From Malacoraja senta (lineage: Eukaryota): a stretch of 64,000 nucleotides of DNA. Location of the stretch: positions 496,001-560,000 of the forward strand of contig JAXLNO010000446.1 in the NCBI GenBank assembly GCA_038087875.1, written 5' to 3'. Positions 47,078 through 59,060 of the stretch are shown in pieces (the first letter of the stretch is position 1; each line of letters starts with the position of its first letter). The notes below the pieces were generated by a model, which was given only the letters and a program-made list of their open reading frames with translations, searched no databases and was not told the origin of the DNA. A program made the translations under genes and the position numbers.

Positions 47078-48477
47078 TCAGATTCAACTTTATTGTCATT
47101 GTGCAGTGTACAGTACAGAGACAACGAAATGCAGTTAGCATCTCCCAAGAGCGACATAAATATGAGCAGTAAATAAATAAATCGAATAAATCCTGGTGGG
47201 AGGAGTGTCCGGGGGGGGGGGGGGTTGTGATTGGCAGTCACCGAGGTACAGTGTTGAGTAGTGTAACCGCCGCAGGGAAGAAGCTGTTCCTGGACCTGCT
47301 GGTCCGGCAACGGAGAGACCTGTAGCGCCTCCCGGATGGTAGGAGGGTAAACAGTCTGTGGTTGGGGTGAGAGCAGTCCTTGGCGATGCTGAGCGCCCTT
47401 CGCAGACAACGCTTGCTTTGGACAGACTCAATGGTGGGGAGTGAGGAACCGGTGATGCGTTGGGCAATTTTCACCACCCTCTGCAGTGCTTTCCGGTCGG
47501 AGACAGAGCAGTTGCCATACCATACTGTGATGCAGTTGGTAAGGATGCTCTCGATGGTGCAGCGGTAGAAGTTCACCAGAATCCGAGGAGACAGATGGAC
47601 CTTCTTTAGTCTCCTCAGGAAGAAGAGACGCTGGTGAGCCTTCTTGACCAGAGTTGAGGTATTGTTGGTCCAAGAGAGGTCATCGGAGATGTTGACCCCC
47701 AGGAACCTGAAGCTGGAAACACGTTCCACCTCCCTCCCGTTAATGTGGATGGGGGTGTGCATGCCGCCCCTAGACTTCCTGAAGTCTACAATGAGCTCCT
47801 TGGTCTTCTTGGAGTTAAGGGCCAGGTTGTTGTCAGCGCACCATGCTGCCAGGAGCTGGACCTCCTCCCTATAGGCCGACTCATCGTTGTTGCTGATGAG
47901 GCCAATCACCGTTGTATCATCTGCATACTTGATGATGGTGTTAGTACCATGTACAGGTGTGCAGTCGTAGGTGAAGAGGGAGTAGAGGAGGGGGCTCAGC
48001 ACACAGCCCTGTGGAACGCCGGTGTTCAGGGTGAGGGTTGAAGAGGTGTGCTTGTCTAACCTAACAGACTGGGGTCTGTTGGTTAGAAAGTCCAGTATCC
48101 AGTTGCAGAGGGAGGGGTCGATGCCCAGGTCACCGAGTTTGGTGATCAGTTTAGAGGGTATGATGGTGTTGAATGCTGAGCTGTAATCGATGAACAGCAT
48201 TCTTACGTAAGTGTCTCTGTTGTCGAGGTGGGAGAGGGCGGAGTGAAGTGCCGTTGAGATGGCATCCTCCGTACTCCTGTTCTTGCGGTAGGCAAACTGA
48301 TAGGGATCCAACGTGGGGGGTAGGCAGCCTTTGAGGTGTGCCAGGACCAGCCTCTCGAAGCACTTGGCGATGATGGGAGTAAGTGCAACTGGGCGGAAGT
48401 CGTTGAGGCTTGCCGCAGTGGAGTGTTTTGGCACCGGCACGATGGAGGTGGATTTAAGGCACGTGGGCACAACTATA
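47078..48477 (-). mobile_element. Young 5'-truncated Rex1/Babar LINE with an intact 410-aa RT ORF and an 8-bp TSD
   Basis: [36 protein letters not shown] and KYADD; AATAAA + (GAATCT)n tail; CAGTAGAT at 47070-47077 and 48478-48485. Confidence 0.94.
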
Positions 48478-49690
48478 CAGTAGATCCCTTCGGTGGTGGG
48501 GAGGTGAGTACCCGTGATGGAGCGGGCAGTGTGTGGTGGGGAGGTCAGTACCCGTGATGGACCGGGCAGTGTCCACCACTCTAATCTTCATTGCTGGGCA
48601 TTTAAGTTGCTGAGCCAGTCCGTGATCTACTGTATACTTGGAATTAATTGTGGACGAATGTTAACATTAACCTTATAGGATCATGAGAGGAATAGATAGG
48701 GTGAATGCACAGAGACTTTTACTCAGAGCAGGAGAATCCAGAACCAGAGGACACAGGTTTAAGGAGAGAGGGGAAAGATTCAACAGGAACCTGAGGGGCA
48801 ACTCTCTTACACAAATTGCATTCGGTATATGGAACAAACTACTAGAGGAGGTGGCTAAGGCAGGTACTATCACAACGTTTAAAACATATTTGGACAGGTA
48901 CATGTATACGATAGGTTTAGAGGGATATGGGCCAAACACAGGCAGGTGGGACTAGTGTAATAATAATAATATATCTTTTATTGTCATTGCACAGAGGTAC
49001 AACGAGATTTGGAATGCAACTTCCATCCGATGTAATAACTTAATTAGCTAAAAATTTAGACACCCAGAGAAAAAAGATGTAAAAAACAGTTAAAGCAGTA
49101 TAAAGCGCAAATAGGTCTGTGCCGGGTCGATGTGCGACGTGACCATCTGAGGGAGACAGTTCATGAGTGGAGGGGGGGGGGGGCACTCAGCAGGGCCGGT
49201 TCAGAACAGCTATAACTCTGGGTATGAAGCTGTTCCTAAGTCTGGAGGTGCGGGTGTAGAAGGAGGCCTTGTAACGTCTGCCGGATGGTAGAAGTTACAG
49301 ACTATTGCAAGGGTGTGAGGATCTTTGTGAATGTTGATGGCCTTCCTGAGGCACTGTGTATTATAGATGCCCTCCAAGGCTGTGGCATATGTGGGCAAGT
49401 TGGGGTGAAGGGCCTGTTTCCACGCTGTATGACTATGAATCTATTGTCACAACATTAGTTACCTAAATACCTTCCTTCCCAGTTTAACTACTGGCCTAAT
49501 TTAGACTCAATTTAGACCTGTATCAATATAATTAGATACTTTATTAAGGTAAATGTTTCAATGTACTTTGCTGTTCAATGATATTATTGGCTGCACGTGT
49601 GACACTTCCAACAGAGGCTACCTTCATGTCATTGAGACCAAGCAGAGAGTTTGCATTTGTTTATTCTGGGTTTGTACATTCCTATCCTGT

Positions 49691-49966
49691 GGGGCGGCAC
49701 GGTGGTGCAGCGGTAGAGTTGCTGCCTCACAGCGTCAGAGACCTGACTACGGGTGCTGTCTGTACGGAGTTTGTACGTTCTCCCCATGACCTGCGTGGGT
49801 TTTCTCCGGGTGCTCCGGTTTCCTCCCACACTCCAAAGAGGTGCAGGTTTGTAGGTTAATTGGTGTAAATTGGCCCTAGTGGGTGTAGGATAGTGTTAGT
49901 GTGCGGGGATCGCTGGTCGGTGCCGACTCAGTGGGCCGAAGAGCCTGTTTCCACGCTGTATCTCAA
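49691..49966 (+). mobile_element. Near-full-length tRNA-derived HE1/V-SINE
   Basis: A-box-like ggtggtgcagcggtagag; V core gttttctccgggtgctccggtttcctcccac; CR1-like tail gggccgaagagcctgtttccacgctgtatctc. Confidence 0.85.
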
Positions 49967-49979
49967 AATTAGATGTATC

Positions 49980-50247
49980 TCGAGATGAGAAGAACTTTTT
50001 TCACACAGAGAGTGGTGAATCTCTGGAACTCTCTGCCACAGAGGGTAGTCGAGGCCAGTTCATTGGCTATATTTAAGAGGGAGTTAGATGTGGCCCTTGT
50101 GGCTAAAGGGATCAGAGGGTATGGAGAGAAGGCAGGTACGGGATACTGAGTTGGATGATCAGCCATGATCATATTGAATGGCGGTGCAGGCTCGAAGGGC
50201 CGAATGGCCTACTCCTGCACCTAATTTCTATGTTTCTATGTTTCTAT
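49980..50247 (+). mobile_element. CR1 3' end
   Basis: FFTQRVVNLWNSLP remnant and (tttctatg)n tail. Confidence 0.88.
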
Positions 50248-50566
50248 TAATCTCTAAACTTCCTGGGTGATAGAACGTAGGCTCCAAATTCCAGCACTCT
50301 GTGAAACGTCAACTATCCATGTTCTCCAGGAACTGTGGAACTGCAAAATATATGACACATAACTCTTAAATCATTATTTCTGATACTTAAAATGCCTTGT
50401 TTAATTTTGGATGTGTTGCCACAGATGGTGTCTTTGACTGAAATGGGCTTTTTGAAAGGAATATATAAAATGCTGTGGACACAGTTTCTTTTCCCACAAT
50501 TAAGGTAAAGATTTAAAAACAATAGTACTTAACAGCCAGATTCACACCTATCTTTAAAGACGGACA

Positions 50567-51308
50567 CAGAGTGCTGGAGTAACTCAGCGGGTCAGGCAGC
50601 ATCTGTGGAGAACATGGATAGGTGACGTTTCACAGAGTGCTGGAGTAACTCAGCGGGTCAGGCAGCATCTGTGGAGAACATGGATAGGTGACGTTTCACA
50701 GAGTGCTGGAGTAACTCAGCGGGTCAGGCAGCATCTGTGGAGAACATGGATAGGTGACGTTTCACAGAGTGCTGGAGTAACTCAGCGGGTCAGGCAGCAT
50801 CTGTGGAGAACATGGATAGGTGACGTTTCACAGAGTGCTGGAGTAACTCAGCGGGTCAGGCAGCATCTGTGGAGAACATGGATAGGTGACGTTTCACAGA
50901 GTGCTGGAGTAACTCAGCGGGTCAGGCAGCATCTGTGGAGAACATGGATAGGTGACGTTTCACAGAGTAACGCTGGAGTAACTCAGCGGGTCAGGCAGCA
51001 TCTGTGGAGCGAAGGAAATGGGCAACCTTTCGGGCCGAAACCCTGAAGGAAATAGGTAACGTTTTGGGCCGAAACCCGGAAGGGTTTCGGGCCGAAACGT
51101 TGCCTATTTCCTTCGCTCTATAGATGCTGCCGGAACATGGATAGATGACGTTTCACAGAGTGCTGGAGTAACTCAGCGGGTCAGGCAGCATCTGTGGAGA
51201 ACATGGATAGGTGACGTTTCACAGAGTGCTGGAGTAACTCAGCGGGTCAGGCAGCATCTGTGGAGAACATGGATAGGTGACGTTTCAGGTCTGAACCCTT
51301 CTTCAGAC
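50567..51308 (+). repeat. Tandem array of the 66-bp unit cagagtgctggagtaactcagcgggtcaggcagcatctgtggagaacatggataggtgacgtttca (6 perfect copies, a fold-back insert, then 2 more)
   Basis: Units start at 50567, 50633, 50699, 50765, 50831 and 50897; the unit is antisense to Penelope terminal sequence. Confidence 0.93.
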
Positions 51309-51329
51309 TCAAATTCAGACTCTTTGGAT

Positions 51330-51617
51330 TTTAGACTTTAGAGATACAGCACAGACATAGTCCCTGTGGCCCACCGACACTGCACCGATCAGCGATGGTC
51401 CCGTACACGAGCACTATCCTACACACTCGGGGCAATTTGCATTTTTACAGAAGCCAATTACCCTACAAACCTGCATGTCTTTGGAGTGTGGGAGGACACC
51501 GAAGCACCCAGAGAAAACCCACGCGGTCACGGGGAGAACGTACATGGTCAAGATGGTACCCGGGTCTCTGGAGTTGTGAGGTAGCAACTCTACCATTGCT
51601 CCACCGTGCCTCCCCAC
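51330..51617 (-). mobile_element. HE1/V-SINE immediately upstream of the SPATA4 exon 5 acceptor
   Basis: Reverse-complement V core and tRNA-like head (ctctaccattgctccaccgtgcc). Confidence 0.78.
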
Positions 51618-51654
51618 ACTTCTGATCCTTACCTGAGTTTGTGTCTTTGTGCAG

Positions 51655-51768
51655 AGTATTATAACATGAAGCCCTCGTTGGGAGAGAGAGCCACGAGACT
51701 TCCACTCCCTCAGTACCAATATGACTGCATAAACTCTGGCAACAAGTGGAACCTGGCAGCTGCATCAC
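51655..51768 (+). CDS. SPATA4: SPATA4 exon 5 (KYYNMKPSLGERATRLP...NLAAAS)
   Basis: gtgcag acceptor, gtaaga donor; 114 nt; KPSLGE is similar to KPTVGE. Confidence 0.85.
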
Positions 51769-53071
51769 GTAAGATTAAAGTTTTCTTTGTTTGGTTTTGC
51801 AAACTTCAAATTGCAGCGTTAGCGTTAACTTTCCTCTCCCTCATTAACATTGTGATGTTCAACACACCCACTCTGAAGCCATTGATGTCCACTGTCATGT
51901 TGGTCGCATCAGCTGTTTGTTTGTTTGTTGTTCATCCTGAATGAGTGAACATGTCTGAAGCCATTGATGTCCACTGCCCTGTTGGTTGCATCAGCTCTTT
52001 GTCTATTGTTCATCCTGAATAAGTGAAGGCGTTTGCTTGCTGGCAGACTGATTGTGATGACCATTCGAGCCAAGCCTGGTTCATCATCTACTCGTGTGAA
52101 AGGCCTGGATTTTGACGGCACTGGGCCTGTAGTCGCTGGAGTTTAAAAGGATGAGGGGAGACCTCATTGAAACTTAACGAATAGTGAAAGGCATGGATAG
52201 AGTGGATGTGGAGAGGATGTTTCCACTAGACAATAGGTGCAGGAGTAGGCCATCTGGCCCTTCGAGCCAGCACCGTCATTCAATATGATCATGGTTGATC
52301 ATCCTCGTTCCTGCCTTCTCCCTATATCCCCTGACTCCGCTATCTTTAAGAGCCCTATCAAGCTCTCTCTTGAAAGTATCCACTAGTGGGAGAGTCTTGG
52401 ACCAGAGAGCATAGCCTCAGAATAGAAGGACATACCTTTAGAAAGGAGATGAGAAGGAATTTCTTTAGTGAGTCTGTGGAATTCATTGCCACTGGTGGCC
52501 AAATCAATGGATTTTTTTCAGGCAGAGATTGACAGATTCTTGATTAGTACGGGTGTCAGGGGTTATGGGGAGAAGGCAGGAGAATGGGGTTAAGAGTGAG
52601 AGATAGAGCAGCCATGATTGAATGGCGGAGTAGCGTGATGGGCCGAATGGCCTAATTCTTCTCCTGTAACATGAACTTATGTCTAAACATATGTTCCAAA
52701 CACCCACCACTATATTTGAAATAAAACTTTCCCCACACATCTACATTACACATTTCCCCCTCATCTTTAGACTTTACTTCAGGATTTAGAGATACACCGC
52801 AGAAACAGGCTCTTTGGTTTACCGAGTCCACGCCGACCAGCGATCAGCTTGTACACTGGCACTGTCCCACACACCAGCGACAATTTACAGATGCCAATTA
52901 ACCTACAAACCTGGATGCTTTTGGAGTGTGGGAGTAAAGCCACGCAGGTCACGGGGCTGTGGAGGCCAAGTCAATGGCAGAGATAGATAGATTCTTGATC
53001 AGTACCGGTGTCAGGGGTTATGGGGAGAAGGCAGGAGAATGGGGTTAGGAGGGAGAGATAAATCAGCCATG

Positions 53072-55892
53072 AACGGTTGTGGGGGAGGGACTCAAATAGA
53101 GAAAGTGTGTGAGGCAGGATGCAGAGAAGGGAAGCACTCAGACCCAACATGTAGGGGAGAAAGAAGAAAAAGATAATAAACAGAATAAGAGGTGGGGGGT
53201 TCTTAAATGTGTGAGCAGAGAGACAGAGGGGTGTAAAATGAGGGTAGAAGCAATAGGTAGCAAGGTGAAAAGTAAAAGTGGTAGGCTGACAAATCCAGGG
53301 CAAAAATCAAAAAGGGCCAATTTGCAACATAATTGTATAAGGGGTAAGAGTGTTGTAAAAACAAGCCTGAAGGCTTTGTGTCTCAATGCAAGGAACATTC
53401 GTAATAAGGTGGATGAGTTGAATGTGCAGATAGTTATTAATGAATATTATATAGTTGGGATCACGGAGACATGGCTCCAGGGTGACCAAGGCTGGGAGCT
53501 GAACATTCAGGGATATTCAATATTCAGGAGGGATAGACAGAAAGGAAAAGGAGGTGGGGTAGCTTTGCTGGTTAGAGAGGAGATTAACGCAATAGAAAGG
53601 AAGGACATTAGCTTGGAAAAAGTGGAATCGATATGGGTAGAGCTGCGAAACACTAAGGGGCAGAAAACGCTAGTGAGAGTTGTGTACAGGCCACCTAGCA
53701 GTAGTAGTGAAGTTGGGGATGGCATCAAACAGGAAATTAGAAATGCGTGCAACAAAGGTAAAACAGTTATAATGGGTGACTTCAATCTACATATAGATTG
53801 GGTGAATCAAAATTACAGGGGTGCTGAGGAAGAGGATTTCTTGGAATGTATGCGGGATAGTTTTCTAAACCAACATGTAGAGGAACCAACCAGAGAACAG
53901 GCTATTCTAGACTGGGTATTGAGTAATGAGGAAGGGTTAGTTAGCAGTCTTGTTGTGCGTGGCCCCTTGGGCAAGAGTGACCATAATATGGTTGAGTTCT
54001 TCATTAGGATGGAGAGTGACATAATTAATTCAGAAACAAGGGTTCTGAACTTGAAGAAAGGTAACTTTGAGGGTATGAGACGTGAATTGGCCAAGATAGA
54101 TTGGCAATTAATTCTTAAAGGGTTGACTGTGGATGTGCAATGGAAGGCATTTAAAGGCTGCATGGATGAACTACAACAATTGTTCACTGAGGAAGACATC
54201 AATAATCTGCCGGAAATAGCAGGGGACCGGGGGTCAAATGAGATGGAGGAACTGAGTGAAATCCAGGTTAGCCGGGAAGTGGTGTTAGGTAAATTGAATG
54301 GATTAAAGGCCGATAAATCCGCAGGGACAGATAGGCTGCATCCCAGAGTACTTAAGGAAGTAGCCCCAGAAATAGTGGATGCATTAGTGATAATTTTTCA
54401 AAACTCTTTAGATTCTGGAGTAGTTCCTGAGGATTGGAGGGTAGCTAATGTAACCCCACTTTTTAAAAAGGGAGGGAGAGAGAAAACGGGGAATTACAGA
54501 CCAGTTAGTCTAACATCGGTAGTGGGGAAACTGCTAGTCAGTTATTAAAGATGGGATAGCAGCACATTTGGAAAGTGGTGAAATCATTGGACAAAGTCAG
54601 CATGGATTTATGAAAGGTAAATCATGTCTGACGAATCTTATAGTATTTTTCGAGGATGTAACTAGTAGAGTGGATAAGGGAGAACCTTTGGATGTGTTAT
54701 ATCTGGACTTTCAGAAGGCTTTCGACAAGGTCCCACATAAGAGATTAGTATGCAAACTTAAAGCACACGGTATTGGGGGTTCAGTATTGATGTGGATAGA
54801 GAACTGGCTGGCAGACAGGAAGCAAAGAGTTGGAGTAAACGGGTCCTTTTCACAATGGCAGGCAGTGACTAGTGGGATACCGCAAGGCTCAGTGCTGGGA
54901 CCCCAGCTATTTACAATATAAATGATTTGGACAAGGGAATTGAATGCAACATCTCCAAGTTTGCGGATGACACTAAGCTGGGGGGCAGTGTTAGCTGTGA
55001 GGAGGGTGCTAGGAGGCTGCAAGGTGACGGATAGGTTGGGTGAGTGGGCAAATGCATGGCAGATGCAGTATAATGTGGATAAATGTGAGGTTATCCACTT
55101 TGGTGGCAAAAACAGGAAAGTAGACTATTATCTGAATGGTGGCCGATTAGGAAAAGGGGAGATGCAATGAGACCTGGGTGTCATGGTACACCAGTTATTG
55201 AAAGTAGGCATGCAGGTGCAGCAGGCAGTGAAGAAAGCGAATGGTATGTTAGCATTCATAGCAAAAGGTTTTGAGTATAGGAGCAGGTTCTACTGCAGTT
55301 GTACAGGGTCTTGGTGAGACCACACCTGGAGTATTGCGTACAGTTTTGGTCTCCTAATCTGAGGAAAGACATTCTTGCCATAGAGGGAGTACAGAGAAGG
55401 TTCACCAGACTGATTCCTGGGATGTCAGGACTTTCATATGAAGAAAGACTGCATAGACTCGGCTTGTACTCGCTAGAATTTAGAAGATTGAGGGGGGATC
55501 TTATAGAAACTTACAAAATTCTTAAGGGGTTGGACAGGCTAGATGCAGGAAGATTGTTCCCGATGTTGGGGAAGTCCAGAACAAGGGGTCACAATTTAAG
55601 GATAAGGGGGAAGTCTTTTAGGACCGAGATGAGAAAAACATTTTTCACACAGAGAGTGGTGAATCTGTGGAATTCTCTGCCACAGAAGGTAGTTGAGGCC
55701 AGTTCATTGGCTATATTTAAGAGGGAGTTAGATGTGGCCCTTGTGGCTAAAGGGATCAGGGGGTATGGAGAGAAGGCAGGTAGAGGATACTGAGTTGGAT
55801 GATCAGCCATGATCATATTGAATGGCGGTGCACGCTCGAAGGGCCGAATGGCCTACTCCTGCACCTATTTTCTATGTTTCTATGCTTCTATG
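53072..55892 (+). mobile_element. CR1 LINE (ORF2 region) with an in-frame internal deletion and later frameshifts
   Basis: 479-aa ORF with APE motifs fused QLF|TEEDINN; RT motifs downstream; (tttctatg)n tail. Confidence 0.93.
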
Positions 55893-56040
55893 ATTGAATG
55901 TTGGAGTCGATGTGATGGGCTGAATAGCCTAATTCTGTTCCTATCACTTATGAACCTATGAAGAACATTCTGCTGCCCTTCCCCTGTAACCCCTGACCCC
56001 CGTACTATTCACACAGTGACTCTGCACCTTCCTCTTTCAG

Positions 56041-56123
56041 AACCGACAGCCTCAGAAATCCGCAGCAAATCCAATGTCCTGTTCAAGGAGATGAGCATGA
56101 AGCAGGTGGTGAGGAATTCCTAG
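56041..56123 (+). CDS. SPATA4: SPATA4 last coding exon (QPTASEIRSKSNVLFKEMSMKQVVRNS*)
   Basis: cctctttcag acceptor; phase fits; KEMSMKQ is similar to REIHVKQ; TAG at 56121-56123; total CDS 876 nt. Confidence 0.8.
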
Positions 56124-56658
56124 TCTGTGCTCTCCCAGACGAGGCGAGGAGAGGATTGACATTGTTGTGTCAGCTCCGTTCAGCAGTAAAGCTGATCTGG
56201 AAGATAATCCATTGTACATGCCTTTATTGTACTTCAGATTATTGTGTTTGTGAACAATTTACTTAAATCTGAGATATCCAAAGTGACTGTGATCTGATCT
56301 TTGCTTCAGCTCGATATTGAATGCTTTAGAATAACTTTCTCTGACTTTCACATAAATAAGTTAAAATGTTCCCGTTCCCTTCCTCTCTGGCAGACAGCCG
56401 TGCTGTTCCCAACACCGGCTCCCAGTGTTGTTGGGCAGCCTCCAGTGCCAACCTGGGTGGCATTGGTGGGCTGCTCCACAATTGGCATGTGACCCAGTGT
56501 CCAGTGTTAAACCCATGTCCAGTGTCCAGTGTCAGACCTGCCCTGTGTGCCACTACAGAATGTCCTCACTACTTCTCCCCCATCCATCCCCCTCCTGTAT
56601 CCTCCCCCGTCTGTCTACCCCCCTCCCCGCTGTGCCCCAGCCCTGACTGTGCTGCTGA

Positions 56659-56905
56659 TGTTCTCCACAGATGCTGCCTGACCCGCTGAGTTACTCCAGC
56701 ACTCTGTGAAACGTCACCTATCCATGTTCTCCACAGATGCTGCCTGTCCCGCTGAGTTACTCCAGCACTCTGTGAAACGTCACCTATCCATGTTCTCCAC
56801 AGATGCTGCCTGTCCCGCTGAGTTACTCCAGCACTCTGTGAAACGTCACCTATCCATGTTCTCCACAGATGCTGCCTGTCCCGCTGAGTTACTCCAGCTT
56901 TTTGT
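56659..56905 (-). repeat. 66-bp unit array, ~3.6 copies, opposite orientation
   Basis: tgaaacgtcacctatccatgttctccacagatgctgcctg...ctgagttactccagcactctg repeated. Confidence 0.9.
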
Positions 56906-58604
56906 GACTCTCTTCTACTTAACATCCACATTAGTGTGTAGGGAGTAGGTGAGAACGTGAGATAAAATAGAACTAGTGATACGGGTCAGCGTAGACTCAG
57001 TGGGCTGAAGGGCCTGTTTCCATGCTGTATCTCTAAACTAAACCAAATTCAGCAGGTCAGACAGCATCTGTGGAGAAGATGTGTGGCACCTTCAGACAGG
57101 TCCTAACCTGAAATGTCACCTATCCATGACCCGCTGAGTTACTCCAGCACTTTGTCTTTTTTTGTTATCCAGCATCTGCAGTTCCTCATGTCTATCTAGA
57201 TTTCTGCCAGTCCTCGTTTACAACCATTGTTTTTCATCATGCAATTGAATTATTTTTAACACATAAGGTGTGTTGCTTGTGAAATAATGTATTTGGTTTA
57301 ATGAATTGGCAGTGGTGGTGTTGATGAATGAGTTTATTATACATCTTGAGTCAAACATAAGCGCTTTGTCATATTAAATGAAGTGAAAACACAGATGTAT
57401 ACGGAGACAGTTACGTTGAGGAAAACGACCACGCACAAGGACTTAGTAGAACCACTTGGTGTAACGCTACATAATCCACGAGGCTGCAAGTTCACATTAA
57501 CAACAAAGACATTTTAATATTATGTACACAAAGATACTGGCTTGATGATGTCACAATCCTCCTGACGTTCTTACGATGCAAGACACTGCACGCACGCACG
57601 CACGCACGTCTGCTCACTGCTCTTCCGCACAAATCTATGCTGCATCATTTGGCCGGGTATTTGGGGAAAGAAGTTAACTGATAATCATGATTAATTAAAT
57701 GATTTGAATCAGTAGTTGCTGAGGCAGTTTGTTTATGTAAAGGCACACCTCCAGATTCAGGGACAGCTCATTTCCAGCTGTTATCAGGCAACTGAACTAT
57801 CCTCTCACCAACTAGAGAGCAGACCTGAACTACTATCAACCTCACTGAAGACCTTTGAACAATCTTTAGTTGGACATTATCTTACACTAAATGCTGCACC
57901 CTTTAAAAGTTCATGATAGGAGCAGAATTAGGCCATTCGGCCCATCAACTCTACTCCACCATTCAATCATGGCTGATCTATATTTCCCTCCAAACCCCAT
58001 TCTTCTCCCCGTAACCCCTGACACCCGCACTAATCAAGAATCTATCAATCTCCACCTTAAAAATACCCAATGACGGCCTCCACAGCCATCTGTGGCAATG
58101 AATTCCACCGATTCACCACCCTCTGGCTAAAGAAATTCCTCCTTATCTCCATTCTAAAGGTGCACCCTTTAATTCTGAGGCTGTGCCCTCTGGTCCTAGA
58201 CTCTCGCACTAGTGGAAACATCCTCTCCACATCCACTCTGAGCCCTATTTGTAATCGTTATCATGAAGTCCTGGATCTGCTGAAATAAGACTGGACCATG
58301 GCCTTGGATAAAATACCATTGGTTCTGCACCAGAATCATTTTGCTGGAAATATAATAAGATGGGAAAGAGTCACTCATCTCGTCACAGTTTGTGTGTTTC
58401 ACAAAACCCTGTACAATTCCTGCCATTGTGGCTGGTGGCATTCCTCAAAAGGAGAGAGGAACATCAACATTTCTTCTGATTTTTAGTTTAGTTTAGAGAT
58501 ACAGTGCGGAAACAGGCCCTTCACCCACCGGGTTCCCCACACATTAACACCAGCCTACACACACTGGTGACAATTTACAATTATACCAAGCCAATTAGCC
58601 TAGA

Positions 58605-59060
58605 AATTCCAGGGATGGCGGGACTGTCATATGCTGAGAGAATGGAGCGGCTGGGCTTTAGAAGGATGAGAGGGAATCTTATTGAAACATAAGATTATTA
58701 AGGGTTTGGACACGCTAGAGGCAGGAAACATGTTCCCGATGTTGGGGGAGTCCAGAACCAGGGGCCACAGTTTAAGAATAAGGGGTAAGCCATTTAGAAC
58801 GGAGATGAGGAAACATTTTTTCTCACAGAGAGTTGTGAGTCTGTGGAATTCTCTGCCTCAGAGAGCAGTGGAGGCTGGTTCTCTGGATGCTTTCAAGAGA
58901 GAGCTAGATAGAGCTCTTAAAGATAGCGGAGTCGGGGGATATGGGGAGAAGGCAGGAACGGGGTACTGATTGGGGATGATCAGCCATGATCACATGGAAT
59001 GGCGGTGCTGGCTCGAAGGGCTGAATGGCCTACTCCTGCACCCATTGTCTATTGTCTATA
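58605..59060 (+). mobile_element. CR1 3' fragment
   Basis: IPGMAGLSY...[10 protein letters not shown] remnant and tail. Confidence 0.88.

Larger units (their letters stand above)
43420..48585 (-). mobile_element. Older Rex/L2-type LINE 3' fragment hosting two younger insertions
   Basis: Pieces 43420-43708, 46966-47077 and 48478-48585 join into one sequence that matches the + strand copy at ~62225-62640. Confidence 0.8.

Noticed and set aside
49691..49770. tRNA gene
   Set aside because: The tRNA-like head continues into a V-SINE core and LINE-like tail; no complete cloverleaf.
50567..51308. CRISPR-like regular repeat array
   Set aside because: Units are contiguous with no unique spacers, there are no cas genes, and the context is a vertebrate intron.
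51850..52100. Possible intronic C/D-box snoRNA (GTGATGA at ~52054, CTGA motifs)
   Set aside because: C and D boxes are not in the right order and spacing, and there is no terminal stem.
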